This document shows, in pieces, positions 37,601-53,700 of a stretch of DNA of 64,000 nt (positions within the stretch are counted from its first letter, which is position 1; each line of letters opens with the position of its first letter). Location of the stretch: assembly GCA_964035545.1 (NCBI GenBank), contig CAXIUT010000073.1:248001-312000 (forward strand), read 5' to 3'. This DNA comes from Bugula neritina. Lineage: Eukaryota; Animalia; Bryozoa. The notes under the pieces are model-generated. The model saw only the letters and a program-made list of their open reading frames with translations, did no database searches and was not told where the DNA came from. The translations under genes and the position numbers were made by a program.

Positions 37601-40600
37601 GAAATAAATGAGTCATTTTATGAAAAGAGGTGTTTGCAGCAGTTGTCCACTTTTGATTTAGACGCGTCATGGAAACTTTTGTAGTTTTAAATAATATCTC
37701 CAAACTCATCACTTGCATGTGTTTATATACTTGATAAAGTTTTTCATGCAAAACTTGATGCCTGCTTCAAAGACACCAGTGCTTAAATACTGTGTTAACT
37801 GTATTGGCACGTTGCCATGAGATATTTGGTAATATTTAGCATCACAACATACTCTTCAGAAAGTTAAGAAAATCAGTCTATAGAAAGTTAATGAAATGAA
37901 CCTACCAGAGAGAGTAAGCCAGATGTAACAAGTAGATCCAAAACAAGTTGATTAACAATTGAAGTTGAATTCTCCATGTAGTGAATACTTTAGTCCTAAT
38001 GTCAAATGCAAACGTCTGCAACCAAATTGTGTAGACTTCATGAGCTGGTTAGCTGACAGGACTCATTAAAGTTCTTAACTCTTGTGTGTATAGTCATGCC
38101 CATCTTGAACTAGAGAGGGCTGACGGAAGACTGCTACTTTGTGAAAATTGACAATGCGTATTATTATTATTCATTGTTGAGATTCACGACTGCCATAAAC
38201 AATGATAAAATATTCATTGTTGGTACTACTGAGTAGAATAAAATATAATATAATATTATTCTCTGGACAGATAAACAATATCAAATGCATATTATAACAT
38301 TACCATAAATCTACGGCGCTTCACATCTTCACCTTTTTCTGCAATGTTATTTCTTTGCAGTTAGAAGTACTAGCTGAATATATGACTATGAAACATAACC
38401 CTTCAATTTCATTGCACCAGCACCGATTTCAATGTAGGTGTGTTGGGAGTTATCTTTCCTAAATTTTTGTTCTTGGCAATTATGCGAAACAGACACAGGC
38501 TAATATTAGTTTTGTTATTTGCAAGAGTTTTTCTGTCTGATTGTCCATCAGCAAAAGTTTGCGCCTTCCCGTTATTATGGAAATTCCAGTGCTGCTGGAA
38601 GACCTTTGCATTGTACACCCGCCTTTACTATTGAATTTAGATGTTTTATTTTCCCATCCCCTCTCCTGCCCCCCTGTCCCCTCTAACAACCAGCAATCCT
38701 GACTCATGCGAAATGTGTCATTAAGTTTTAGAGTTGGACCATGGGCCGACAGTATACGATTTGAAGCTTTATAGTTTACAGGCAGTGGAGATGAGTCACT
38801 GCTGAAACCCATTTTATTAGTAGACTATATTGCTCTTCAATCATCAGTTTGCATATTAAAACAGAAAGCTCATCTGCAGCGCCATTTCACAGTGTTAAAT
38901 TTTGCTAGAGTAAAAATTAATTTTAGATGCCTTTGCAAACATATGAGAAATAAATGAGTCATTTTATGAAAAGAGGTGTTTGCAGCAGTTGTCCACTTTT
39001 GATTTAGACGCGTCATGGAAACTTATGTAGTTTTAAATAATATCTCCAAACTCATCACTTGCATGTGTTTATATACTTGATAAAGTTTTTCATGCAAAAC
39101 TTGATGCCTGCTTCAAAGACACCAGTGCTTAAATACTGTGTTAACTGTATTGGCACGTTGCCATGAGATATTTGGTAATATTTAGCATCACAACATACTC
39201 TTCAGAAAGTTAAGAAAATCAGTCTATAGAAAGTTAATGAAATAAACCTACCAGAGAGAGTAAGCCAGATGTGACAAGTAGATCCAAAACAAGTTGATTG
39301 ACAATTGAAGTTGAATTCTCCATGTAGTGAATACTTTAGTCCTAATGTCAAATGCAAACGTCTGCAACCAAATTGTGTAGACTTCATGAGCTGGTTAGCT
39401 GACAGGACTCATTAAAGTTCTTAACTCTTGTGTGTATAGTGATGCCCATCTTGAACTAGAGATGGCTGACTGAAGACTGCTACTTTGTGAAAATTGACAA
39501 TGCATATTATTATTATTCATTGTTGAGATTCACGACTGCCATAAACAATGATAAAATATTCATTGTTGGTACTACTGAGTAGAATAAAATATAATATAAT
39601 ATTATTCTCTGGACAGATAAACAATATCAAATGCATAATATAACATTACCATAAATCTACGGCGCTTCACATCTTCACCTTTTTCTGCAATGTTATTTCT
39701 TTGCAGTTAGAAGTACTAGCTGAATATATGACTATGAAACATAACCCTTCAATTTCATTGCACCAGCACCGATTTCAATATAGGTGTGTTGGGAGTTATC
39801 TTTCCTAAAGTTTTGTTCTTGGTGTTTATACGAAGCAGACACAGGCTAATATTAGTTTTGTTATTTGCAAGAGTTTTTCTGTCTGATTGTCCATCAGCAA
39901 AAGTTTGCGCCTTGCAGTTATTATGGAAATACCAGTGATGCTGGAAGACCTTTGCATTGTACACCCGCCTTTACTATTGAATTTAGATGTTTTATTTTCC
40001 CATCCCCTCTCCTGCCCCCCTGTCCCCTCTAACAACCAGCAATCCTGACTCATGTGAAATGTGTTATTAAGTTTTAGAGTTGGACCATGGGCCTACAGTA
40101 TACGATTTGAAGCTTTATAGTTTACAGGCAGTGGAGATGAGTCACTGCTGAAACCCATTTTATTAGTAGACTATATTGCTCTTTAATCATCAGTTTGCAT
40201 ATTAAAACAGAAAGCTCATCTGCAGCGCCATTTCGCAGTGTTAAATTTTGCTAGAGTAAAAATTAATTTTAGATGCCTTTGCAAACATATGAGAAATAAA
40301 TGAGTCATTTTATGAAAAGAGGTGTTTGCAGCAGTTGTCCACTTTTGATTTAGACGCGTCATGGAAACTTTTGTAGTTTTAAATAATATCTCCAAACTCA
40401 TCACTTGCATGTGTTTATATACTTGATAAAGTTTTTCATGCAAAACTTGATGCCTGCTTCAAAGACACCAGTGCTTAAATACTGTGTTAACTGTATTGGC
40501 ACGTTGCCATGAGATATTTGGTAATATTTAGCATCACAACATACTCTTCAGAAAGTTAAGAAAATCAGTCTATAGGAAGTTAATAAAATAAACCTACCAG

Positions 40601-43600
40601 AGAGAGTAAGCCAGATGTAACAAGTAGATCCAAAACAAGTTGATTAACAATTGAAGTTGAATTCTCCATGTAGTGAATACTTTAGTCCTAATGTCAAATG
40701 CAAACGTCTGCAACCAAATTGTGTAGACTTCATGAGCTGGTTAGCTGACAGGACTCATTAAAGTTCTTAACTCTTGTGTGTATAGTGATGCCCATCTTGA
40801 ACTAGAGAGGGCTGACTGAAGACTGCTACTTTGTGAAAATTGACAATGCGTATTATTATTATTCATTGTTGAGATTCACGACTGCCATAAACAATGATAA
40901 AATATTCATTGTTGGTACTACTGAGTAGAATAAAATATATAATATAATATTATTCTCTGGACAGATAAACAATATCAAATGCATAATATAACATTACCAT
41001 AAATCTACGGCGCTTCACATCTTCACCTTTTTCTGCAATGTTATTTCTTTGCAGTTAGAAGTACTAGCTGAATATATGACTATGAAACATAACCCTTCAA
41101 TTTCATTGCACCAGCACCGATTTCAATGTAGGTGTGTTGGGAGTTATCTTTCCTAAAGTTTTGTTCTTGGTGTTTATACGAAGCAGACACAGGCTAATAT
41201 TAGTTTTGTTATTTGCAAGAGTTTTTCTGTCTGATTGTCCATCAGCAAAAGTTTGCGCCTTGCAGTTATTATGGAAATACCAGTGATGCTGGAAGACCTT
41301 TGCATTGTACACCCGCCTTTACTATTGAATTTAGATGTTTTATTTTCCCATCCCCTCTCCTGCCCCCCTGTCCCCTCTAACAACCAGCAATCCTGACTCA
41401 TGTGAAATGTGTTATTAAGTTTTAGAGTTGGACCATGGGCCTACAGTATACGATTTGAAGCTTTATAGTTTACAGGCAGTGGAGATGAGTCACTGCTGAA
41501 ACCCATTTTATTAGTAGACTATATTGCTCTTTAATCATCAGTTTGCATATTAAAACAGAAAGCTCATCTGCAGCGCCATTTCGCAGTGTTAAATTTTGCT
41601 AGAGTAAAAATTAATTTTAGATGCCTTTGCAAACATATGAGAAATAAATGAGTCATTTTATGAAAAGAGGTGTTTGCAGCAGTTGTCCACTTTTGATTTA
41701 GACGCGTCATGGAAACTTTTGTAGTTTTAAATAATATCTCCAAACTCATCACTTGCATGTGTTTATATACTTGATAAAGTTTTTCATGCAAAACTTGATG
41801 CCTGCTTCAAAGACACCAGTGCTTAAATACTGTGTTAACTGTATTGGCACGTTGCCATGAGATATTTGGTAATATTTAGCATCACAACATACTCTTCAGA
41901 AAGTTAAGAAAATCAGTCTATAGAAAGTTAATGAAATAAACCTACCAGAGAGAGTAAGCCAGATGTAACAAGTAGATCCAAAACAAGTTGATTAACAATT
42001 GAAGTTGAATTCTCCATGTAGTGAATACTTTAGTCCTAATGTCAAATGCAAACGTCTGCAACCAAATTGTGTAGACTTCATGAGCTGGTTAGCTGACAGG
42101 ACTCATTAAAGTTCTTAACTCTTGTGTGTATAGTGATGCCCATCTTGAACTAGAGAGGGCTGACGGAAGACTGCTACTTTGTGAAAATTGACAATGCATA
42201 TTATTATTATTCATTGTTGAGATTCACGACTGCCATAAACAATGATAAAATATTCATTGTTGGTACTACTGAGTAGAATAAAATATAATATAATATTATT
42301 CTCTGGACAGATAAACAATATCAAATGCATATTATAACATTACCATAAATCTACGGCGCTTCACATCTTCACCTTTTTCTGCAATGTTATTTCTTTGCAG
42401 TTAGAAGTACTAGCTGAATATATGACTATGAAACATAACCCTTCAATTTCATTGCACCAGCACCGATTTCAATGTAGGTGTGTTGGGAGTTATCTTTCCT
42501 AAATTTTTGTTCTTGGCAATTATACGAAACAGACACAGGCTAATATTAGTTTTGTTATTTGCAAGAGTTTTTCTGTCTGATTGTCCATCAGCAAAAGTTT
42601 GCGCCTTCCCGTTATTATGGAAATTCCAGTGCTGCTGGAAGACCTTTGCATTGTACACCCGCCTTTACTATTGAATTTAGATGTTTTATTTTCCCATCCC
42701 CTCTCCTGCCCCCCTGTCCCCTCTAACAACCAGCAATCCTGACTCATGTGAAATGTGTTATTAAGTTTTAGAGTTGGACCATGGGCCTACAGTATACGAT
42801 TTGAAGCTTTATAGTTTACAGGCAGTGGAGATGAGTCACTGCTGAAACCCATTTTATTAGTAGACTATATTGCTCTTCAATCATCAGTTTGCATATTAAA
42901 ACAGAAAGCTCATCTGCAGCGCCATTTCACAGTGTTAAATTTTGCTAGAGTAAAAATTAATTTTAGATGCCTTTGCAAACATATGAGAAATAAATGAGTC
43001 ATTTTATGAAAAGAGGTGTTTGCAGCAGTTGTCCACTTTTGATTTAGACGCGTCATGGAAACTTTTGTAGTTTTAAATAATATCTCCAAACTCATCACTT
43101 GCATGTGTTTATATACTTGATAAAGTTTTTCATGCAAAACTTGATGCCTGCTTCAAAGACACCAGTGCTTAAATACTGTGTTAACTGTATTGGCACGTTG
43201 CCATGAGATATTTGGTAATATTTAGCATCACAACATACTCTTCAGAAAGTTAAGAAAATCAGTCTATAGAAAGTTAATGAAATAAACCTACCAGAGAGAG
43301 TAAGCCAGATGTAACAAGTAGATCCAAAACAAGTTGATTAACAATTGAAGTTGAATTCTCCATGTAGTGAATACTTTAGTCCTAATGTCAAATGCAAACG
43401 TCTGCAACCAAATTGTGTAGACTTCATGAGCTGGTTAGCTGACAGGACTCATTAAAGTTCTTAACTCTTGTGTGTATAGTGATGCCCATCTTGAACTAGA
43501 GAGGGCTGACGGAAGACTGCTACTTTGTGAAAATTGACAATGCGTATTATTATTATTCATTGTTGAGATTCACGACTGCCATAAACAATGATAAAATATT

Positions 43601-46600
43601 CATTGTTGGTACTACTGAGTAGAATAAAATATAATATAATATTATTCTCTGGACAGATAAACAATATCAAATGCATAATATAACATTACCATAAATCTAC
43701 GGCGCTTCACATCTTCACCTTTTTCTGCAATGTTATTTCTTTGCAGTTAGAAGTACTAGCTGAATATATGACTATGAAACATAACCCTTCAATTTCATTG
43801 CACCAGCACCGATTTCAATGTAGGTGTGTTGGGAGTTATCTTTCCTAAATTTTTGTTCTTGGCAATTATACGAAACAGACACAGGCTAATATTAGTTTTG
43901 TTATTTGCAAGAGTTTTTCTGTCTGATTGTCCATCAGCAAAAGTTTGCGCCTTCCCGTTATTATGGAAATTCCAGTGCTGCTGGAAGACCTTTGCATTGT
44001 ACACCCGCCTTTACTATTGAATTTAGATGTTTTATTTTCCCATCCCCTCTCCTGCCCCCCTGTCCCCTCTAACAACCAGCAATCCTGACTCATGTGAAAT
44101 GTGTTATTAAGTTTTAGAGTTGGACCATGGGCCTACAGTATACGATTTGAAGCTTTATAGTTTACAGGCAGTGGAGATGAGTCACTGCTGAAACCCATTT
44201 TATTAGTAGACTATATTGCTCTTCAATCATCAGTTTGCATATTAAAACAGAAAGCTCATCTGCAGCGCCATTTCACAGTGTTAAATTTTGCTAGAGTAAA
44301 AATTAATTTTAGATGCCTTTGCAAACATATGAGAAATAAATGAGTCATTTTATGAAAAGAGGTGTTTGCAGCAGTTGTCCACTTTTGATTTAGACGCGTC
44401 ATGGAAACTTTTGTAGTTTTAAATAATATCTCCAAACTCATCACTTGCATGTGTTTATATACTTGATGAAGTTTTTCATGCAAAACTTGATGCCTGCTTC
44501 AAAGACACCAGTGCTTAAATACAGTGTTAACTGTATTGGCACGTTGCCATGAGATATTTGGTAATATTTAGCATCACAACATACTCTTCAGAAAGTTAAG
44601 AAAATCAGTCTATAGGAAGTTAATAAAATAAACCTACCAGAGAGAGTAAGCCAGATGTAACAAGTAGATCCAAAACAAGTTGATTAACAATTGAAGTTGA
44701 ATTCTCCATGTAGTGAATACTTTAGTCCTAATGTCAAATGCAAACGTCTGCAACCAAATTGTGTAGACTTCATGAGCTGGTTAGCTGACAGGACTCATTA
44801 AAGTTCTTAACTCTTGTGTGTATAGTGATGCCCATCTTGAACTAGAGAGGGCTGACTGAAGACTGCTACTTTGTGAAAATTGACAATGCGTATTATTATT
44901 ATTCATTGTTGAGATTCACGACTGCCATAAACAATGATAAAATATTCATTGTTGGTACTACTGAGTAGAATAAAATATAATATAATATTATTCTCTGGAC
45001 AGATAAACAATATCAAATGCATAATATAACATTACCATAAATCTACGGCGCTTCACATCTTCACCTTTTTCTGCAATGTTATTTCTTTGCAGTTAGAAGT
45101 ACTAGCTGAATATATGACTATGAAACATAACCCTTCAATTTCATTGCACCAGCACCGATTTCAATATAGGTGTGTTGGGAGTTATCTTTCCTAAATTTTT
45201 GTTTTTGGCGTTTATACGAAACAGACACAGGCTAATATTAGTTTTGTTATCTGCAAGAGTTTTTCTGTCTGATTGTCCATCAGCAAAAGTTTGCCCCTTC
45301 CCGTTATTATGGAAATTCCAGTGCTGCTGGAAGACCTTTGCATTGTACACCCGCCTTTACTATTGAATTTAGATGTTTTATTTTCCCATCCCCTCTCCTG
45401 CCCCCCTGTCCCCTCTAACAACCAGCAATCCTGACTCATGCGAAATGTGTCATTAAGTTTTAGAGTTGGACCATGGGCCGACAGTATACGATTTGAAGCT
45501 TTATAGTTTACAGGCAGTGGAGATGAGTCACTGCTGAAACCCATTTTATTAGTAGACTATATTGCTCTTCAATCATCAGTTTTCATATTCAAAGAGAAAG
45601 CTCATCTGCAGCGCCATTTCACAGTGTTATATTTTGCTAGAGTAATAACTAATTTTAGATGCCTTTGCAAACATATGAGAAATAAATGAGTCATTTTATG
45701 AAAAGAGGTGTTTGCAGCAGTTGTCCACTTTTGATTTAGACGCGTCATGGAAACTTTTGTAGTTTTAAATAATATCTCCAAACTCATCACTTGCATGTGT
45801 TTATATACTTGATAAAGTTTTTCATGCAAAACTTGATGCCTGCTCCAAAGACACCAGTGCTTAAAACTGTGTTAACTGTATTGGCACGTTGCCATGAGAT
45901 ATTTGGTAATATTTAGCATCACAACATACTCTTCAGAAAGTTAAGAAAATCAGTCTATAGAAAGTTAATGAAATAAACCTACCAGAGAGAGTAAGCCAGA
46001 TGTAACAAGTAGATCCAAAACAAGTTGATTAACAATTGAAGTTGAATTCTCCATGTAGTGAATACTTTAGTCCTAATGTCAAATGCAAACGTCTGCAACC
46101 AAATTGTGTAGACTTCATGAGCTGGTTAGCTGACAGGACTCATTAAAGTTCTTAACTCTTGTGTGTATAGTGATGCCCATCTTGAACTAGAGAGGGCTGA
46201 CTGAAGACTGCTACTTTGTGAAAATTGACAATGCGTATTATTATTATTCATTGTTGAGATTCACGACTGCCATAAACAATGATAAAATATTCATTGTTGG
46301 TACTACTGAGTAGAATAAAATATAATATAATATTATTCTCTGGACAGATAAACAATATCAAATGCATATTATAACATTACCATAAATCTACAGTGCTTCA
46401 CATCTTCACCTTTTTCTGCAATGTTATTTCTTTGCAGTTAGAAGTACTAGCTGAATATATGACTATGAAACATAACCCTTCAATTTCATTGCACCAGCAC
46501 CGATTTCAATATAGGTGTGTTGGGAGTTATCTTTCCTAAATTTTTGTTCTTGGCGTTTATACGAAACAGACACAGGCTAATATTAGTTTTGTTATTTGCA

Positions 46601-47799
46601 AGAGTTTTTCTGTCTGATTGTCCATCAGCAAAAGTTTGCGCCTTCCCGTTATTATGGAAATTCCAGTGCTGCTGGAAGACCTTTGCATTGTACACCCGCC
46701 TTTACTATTGAATTTAGATGTTTTATTTTCCCATCCCCTCTCCTGCCCCCCTGTCCCCTCTAACAACCAGCAATCCTGACTCATGCGAAATGTGTTATTA
46801 AGTTTTAGAGTTGGACCATGGGCTTACAGTATACGATTTGAAGCTTTATAGTTTACAGGCAGTGGAGATGAGTCACTGCTGAAACCCATTTTATTAGTAG
46901 ACTATATTGCTCTTCAATCATCAGTTTGCATATTAAAACAGAAAGCTCATCTGCAGCGCCATTTCACAGTGTTAAATTTTGCTAGAGTAAAAATTAATTT
47001 TAGATGCCTTTGCAAACATATGAGAAATAAATGAGTCATTTTATGAAAAGAGGTGTTTGCAGCAGTTGTCCACCTTTGATTTAGACGCGTCATGGAAACT
47101 TTTGTAGTTTTAATTAATATCTCCAAACTCATCACTTGCATGTGTTTATATACTTGATAAAGTTTTTCATGCAAAACTTGATGCCTGCTTCAAAGACACC
47201 AGTGCTTAAATACTGTGTTAACTGTATTGGCACGTTGCCATGAGATATTTGGTAATATTTAGCATCACAACATACTCTTCAGAAAGTTAAGAAAATCAGT
47301 CTATAGAAAGTTAATGAAATAAACCTACCAGAGAGAGTAAGCCAGATGTAACAAGTAGATCCAAAACAAGTTGATTAACAATTGAAGTTGAATTCTCCAT
47401 GTAGTGAATACTTTAGTCCTAATGTCAAATGCAAACGTCTGCAACCAAATTGTGTAGACTTCATGAGCTGGTTAGCTGACAGGACTCATTAAAGTTCTTA
47501 ACTCTTGTGTGTATAGTGATGCCCATCTTGAACTAGAGAGGGCTGACTGAAGACTGCTACTTTGTGAAAATTGACAATGCATATTATTATTATTCATTGT
47601 TGAGATTCACGACTGCCATAAACAATGATAAAATATTCATTGTTGGTACTACTGAGTAGAATAAAATATAATATAATATTATTCTCTGGACAGATAAACA
47701 ATATCAAATGCATATTATAACATTACCATAAATCTACGGCGCTTCACATCTTCACCTTTTTCTGCAATGTTATTTCTTTGCAGTTAGAAGTACTAGCTG

Positions 47800-50700
47800 A
47801 ATATATGACTATGAAACATAACCCTTCAATTTCATTGCACCAGCACCGATTTCAATATAGGTGTGTTGGGAGTTATCTTTCCTAAATTTTTGTTCTTGGC
47901 AATTATACGAAACAGACACAGGCCAATATTAGTTTTGTTATTTGCAAGAGTTTTTCTGTCTGATTGTCCATCAGCAAAAGTTTGCGCCTTCCCGTTATTA
48001 TGGAAATTCCAGTGCTGCTGGAAGACCTTTGCATTGTACACCCGCCTTTACTATTGAATTTAGATGTTTTATTTTCCCATCCCCTCTCCTGCCCCCCTGT
48101 CCCCTCTAACAACCAGCAATCCTGACTCATGCGAAATGTGTCATTAAGTTTTAGAGTTGGACCATGGGCCGACAGTATACGATTTGAAGCTTTATAGTTT
48201 ACAGGCAGTGGAGATGAGTCACTGCTGAAACCCATTTTATTAGTAGACTATATTGCTCTTCAATCATCAGTTTTCATATTCAAAGAGAAAGCTCATCTGC
48301 AGCGCCATTTCACAGTGTTATATTTTGCTAGAGTAATAACTAATTTTAGATGCCTTTGCAAACATATGAGAAATAAATGAGTCATTTTATGAAAAGAGGT
48401 GTTTGCAGCAGTTGTCCACTTTTGATTTAGACGCGTCATGGAAACTTTTGTAGTTTTAAATAATATCTCCAAACTCATCACTTGCATGTGTTTATATACT
48501 TGATAAAGTTTTTCATGCAAAACTTGATGCCTGCTTCAAAGACACCAGTGCTTAAATACTGCGTTAACTGTATTGGCACGTTGCCATGAGATATTTGGTA
48601 ATATTTAGCATCACAACATACTCTTCAGAAAGTTAAGAAAATCAGTCTATAGAAAGTTAATTAAATAAACCTACCAGAGAGAGTAAGCCAGATGTAACAA
48701 GTAGATCCAAAACAAGTTGATTGACAATTGAAGTTGAATTCTCCATGTAGTGAATACTTTAGTCCTAATGTCAAATGCAAACGTCTGCAACCAAATTGTG
48801 TAGACTTCATGAGCTGGTTAGCTGACAGGACTCATTAAAGTTCTTAACTCTTGTGTGTATAGTGATGCCCATCTTGAACTAGAGAGGGCTGACTGAAGAC
48901 TGCTACTTTGTGAAAATTGACAATGCATATTATTATTATTCATTGTTGAGATTCACGACTGCCATAAACAATGATAAAATATTCATTGTTGGTACTACTG
49001 AGTAGAATAAAATATAATATAATATTATTCTCTGGACAGATAAACAATATCAAATGCATAATATAACATTACCATAAATCTACAGCGCTTCACATCTTCA
49101 CCTTTTTCTGCAATGTTATTTCTTTGCAGTTAGAAGTACTAGCTGAATATATGACTATGAAACATAACCCTTCAATTTCATTGCACCAGCACCGATTTCA
49201 ATATAGGTGTGTTGGGAGTTATCTTTCCTAAATTTTTGTTCTTGGCAATTATACGAAACAGACACAGGCCAATATTAGTTTTGTTATTTGCAAGAGTTTT
49301 TCTGTCTGATTGTCCATCAGCAAAAGTTTGCGCCTTCCCGTTATTATGGAAATTCCAGTGCTGCTGGAAGACCTTTGCATTGTACACCCGCCTTTACTAT
49401 TGAATTTAGATGTTTTATTTTCCCATCCCCTCTCCTGCCCCCCTGTCCCCTCTAACAACCAGCAATCCTGACTCATGCGAAATGTGTCATTAAGTTTTAG
49501 AGTTGGACCATGGGCCGACAGTATACGATTTGAAGCTTTATAGTTTACAGGCAGTGGAGATGAGTCACTGCTGAAACCCATTTTATTAGTAGACTATATT
49601 GCTCTTCAATCATCAGTTTTCATATTCAAAGAGAAAGCTCATCTGCAGCGCCATTTCACAGTGTTATATTTTGCTAGAGTAATAACTAATTTTAGATGCC
49701 TTTGCAAACATATGAGAAATAAATGAGTCATTTTATGAAAAGAGGTGTTTGCAGCAGTTGTCCACTTTTGATTTAGACGCGTCATGGAAACTTTTGTAGT
49801 TTTAAATAATATCTCCAAACTCATCACTTGCATGTGTTTATATACTTGATAAAGTTTTTCATGCAAAACTTGATGCCTGCTTCAAAGACACCAGTGCTTA
49901 AATACTGCGTTAACTGTATTGGCACGTTGCCATGAGATATTTGGTAATATTTAGCATCACAACATACTCTTCAGAAAGTTAAGAAAATCAGTCTATAGAA
50001 AGTTAATTAAATAAACCTACCAGAGAGAGTAAGCCAGATGTAACAAGTAGATCCAAAACAAGTTGATTGACAATTGAAGTTGAATTCTCCATGTAGTGAA
50101 TACTTTAGTCCTAATGTCAAATGCAAACGTCTGCAACCAAATTGTGTAGACTTCATGAGCTGGTTAGCTGACAGGACTCATTAAAGTTCTTAACTCTTGT
50201 GTGTATAGTGATGCCCATCTTGAACTAGAGAGGGCTGACTGAAGACTGCTACTTTGTGAAAATTGACAATGCATATTATTATTATTCATTGTTGAGATTC
50301 ACGACTGCCATAAACAATGATAAAATATTCATTGTTGGTACTACTGAGTAGAATAAAATATAATATAATATTATTCTCTGGACAGATAAACAATATTAAA
50401 TGCATATTATAACATTGCCATAAATCTACGGCGCTTCACATCTTCACCTTTTTCTGCAATGTTATTTCTTTGCAGTTAGAAGTACTAGCTGAATATATGA
50501 CTATGAAACATAACCCTTCAATTTCATTGCACCAGCACCGATTTCAATATAGGTGTGTTGGGAGTTATCTTTCCTAAATTTTTGTTCTTGGCGTTTATAC
50601 GAAACAGACACAGGCTAATATTAGTTTTGTTATTTGCAAGAGTTTTTCTGTCTGATTGTCCATCAGCAAAAGTTTGCGCCTTCCCGTTATTATGGAAATT

Positions 50701-53700
50701 CCAGTGCTGCTGGAAGACCTTTGCATTGTACACCCGCCTTTACTATTGAATTTAGATGTTTTATTTTCCCATCCCCTCTCCTGCCCCCCTGTCCCCTCTA
50801 ACAACCAGCAATCCTGACTCATGCGAAATGTGTTATTAAGTTTTAGAGTTGGACCATGGGCCGACAGTATACGATTTGAAGCTTTATAGTTTACAGGCAG
50901 TGGAGATGAGTCACTGCTGAAACCCATTTTATTAGTAGACTATGTTGCTCTTCAATCATCAGTTTTCATATTCAAAGAGAAAACTCATCTGCAGCGCCAT
51001 TTCACAGTGTTATATTTTGCTAGAGTAATAACTAATTTTAGATGCCTTTGCAAACATATGAGAAATAATTGAGTCATTTTATGAAAAGAGGTGTTTGCAG
51101 CAGTTGTCCACTTTTGATTTAGACGCGTCATGGAAACTTTTGTAGTTTTAAATAATATCTCCAAACTCATCACTTGCATGTGTTTATATACTTGATAAAG
51201 TTTTTCATGCAAAACTTGATGCCTTCTTCAAAGACACCAGTGCTTAAATACTGTGTTAACTGTATTGGCACGTTGCCATGAGATATTTGGTAATATTTAG
51301 CATCACAACATACTCTTCAGAAAGTTAAGAAAATCAGTCTATAGAAAGTTAATGAAATAAACCTACCAGAGAGAGTAAGCCAGATGTAACAAGTAGATCC
51401 AAAACAAGTTGATTAACAATTGAAGTTGAATTCTCCATGTAGTGAATACTTTAGTCCTAATGTCAAATGCAAACGTCTGCAACCAAATTGTGTAGACTTC
51501 ATGAGCTGGTTAGCTGACAGGACTCATTAAAGTTCTTAACTCTTGTGTGTATAGTGATGCCCATCTTGAACTAGAGAGGGCTGACTGAAGACTGCTACTT
51601 TGTGAAAATTGACAATGCGTATTATTATTATTCATTGTTGAGATTCACGACTGCCATAAACAATGATAAAATATTCATTGTTGGTACTACTGAGTAGAAT
51701 AAAATATAATATAATATTATTCTCTGGACAGATAAACAATATCAAATGCATAATATAACATTACCATAAATCTACGGCGCTTCACATCTTCACCTTTTTC
51801 TGCAATGTTATTTCTTTGCAGTTAGAAGTACTAGCTGAATATATGACTATGAAACATAACCCTTCAATTTCATTGCACCAGCACCGATTTCAATATAGGT
51901 GTGTTGGGAGTTATCTTTCCTAAATTTTTGTTTTTGGCGTTTATACGAAACAGACACAGGCTAATATTAGTTTTGTTATTTGCAAGAGTTTTTCTGTCTG
52001 ATTGTCCATCAGCAAAAGTTTGCCCCTTCCCGTTATTATGGAAATTCCAGTGCTGCTGGAAGACCTTTGCATTGTACACCCGCCTTTACTATTGAATTTA
52101 GATGTTTTATTTTCCCATCCCCTCTCCTGCCCCCCTGTCCCCTCTAACAACCAGCAATCCTGACTCATGCGAAATGTGTCATTAAGTTTTAGAGTTGGAC
52201 CATGGGCCGACAGTATACGATTTGAAGCTTTATAGTTTACAGGCAGTGGAGATGAGTCACTGCTGAAACCCATTTTATTAGTAGACTATATTGCTCTTCA
52301 ATCATCAGTTTTCATATTCAAAGAGAAAGCTCATCTGCAGCGCCATTTCACAGTGTTATATTTTGCTAGAGTAATAACTAATTTTAGATGCCTTTGCAAA
52401 CATATGAGAAATAAATGAGTCATTTTATGAAAAGAGGTGTTTGCAGCAGTTGTCCACTTTTGATTTAGACGCGTCATGGAAACTTTTGTAGTTTTAAATA
52501 ATATCTCCAAACTCATCACTTGCATGTGTTTATATACTTGATAAAGTTTTTCATGCAAAACTTGATGCCTGCTTCAAAGACACCAGTGCTTAAAACTGTG
52601 TTAACTGTATTGGCACGTTGCCATGAGATATTTGGTAATATTTAGCATCACAACATACTCTTCAGAAAGTTAAGAAAATCAGTCTATAGAAAGTTAATGA
52701 AATAAACCTACCAGAGAGAGTAAGCCAGATGTAACAAGTAGATCCAAAACAAGTTGATTGACAATTGAAGTTGAATTCTCCATGTAGTGAATACTTTAGT
52801 CCTAATGTCAAATGCAAACGTCTGCAACCAAATTGTGTAGACTTCATGAGCTGGTTAGCTGACAGGACTCATTAAAGTTCTTAACTCTTGTGTGTATAGT
52901 GATGCCCATCTTGAACTAGAGAGGGCTGACTGAAGACTGCTACTTTGTGAAAATTGACAATGCATATTATTATTATTCATTGTTGAGATTCACGACTGCC
53001 ATAAACAATGATAAAATATTCATTGTTGGTACTACTGAGTAGAATAAAATATAATATAATATTATTCTCTGGACAGATAAACAATATCAAATGCATAATA
53101 TAACATTACCATAAATCTACGGCGCTTCACATCTTCACCTTTTTCTGCAATGTTATTTCTTTGCAGTTAGAAGTACTAGCTGAATATATGACTATGAAAC
53201 ATAACCCTTCAATTTCATTGCACCAGCACCGATTTCAATATAGGTGTGTTGGGAGTTATCTTTCCTAAAGTTTTGTTCTTGGTGTTTATACGAAGCAGAC
53301 ACAGGCTAATATTAGTTTTGTTATTTGCAAGAGTTTTTCTGTCTGATTGTCCATCAGCAAAAGTTTGCGCCTTGCAGTTATTATGGAAATACCAGTGATG
53401 CTGGAAGACCTTTGCATTGTACACCCGCCTTTACTATTGAATTTAGATGTTTTATTTTCCCATCCCCTCTCCTGCCCCCCTGTCCCCTCTAACAACCAGC
53501 AATCCTGACTCATGTGAAATGTGTTATTAAGTTTTAGAGTTGGACCATGGGCCTACAGTATACGATTTGAAGCTTTATAGTTTACAGGCACTGGAGATGA
53601 GTCACTGCTGAAACCCATTTTATTAGTAGACTATATTGCTCTTCAATCATCAGTTTGCATATTAAAACAGAAAGCTCATCTGCAGCGCCATTTCACAGTG

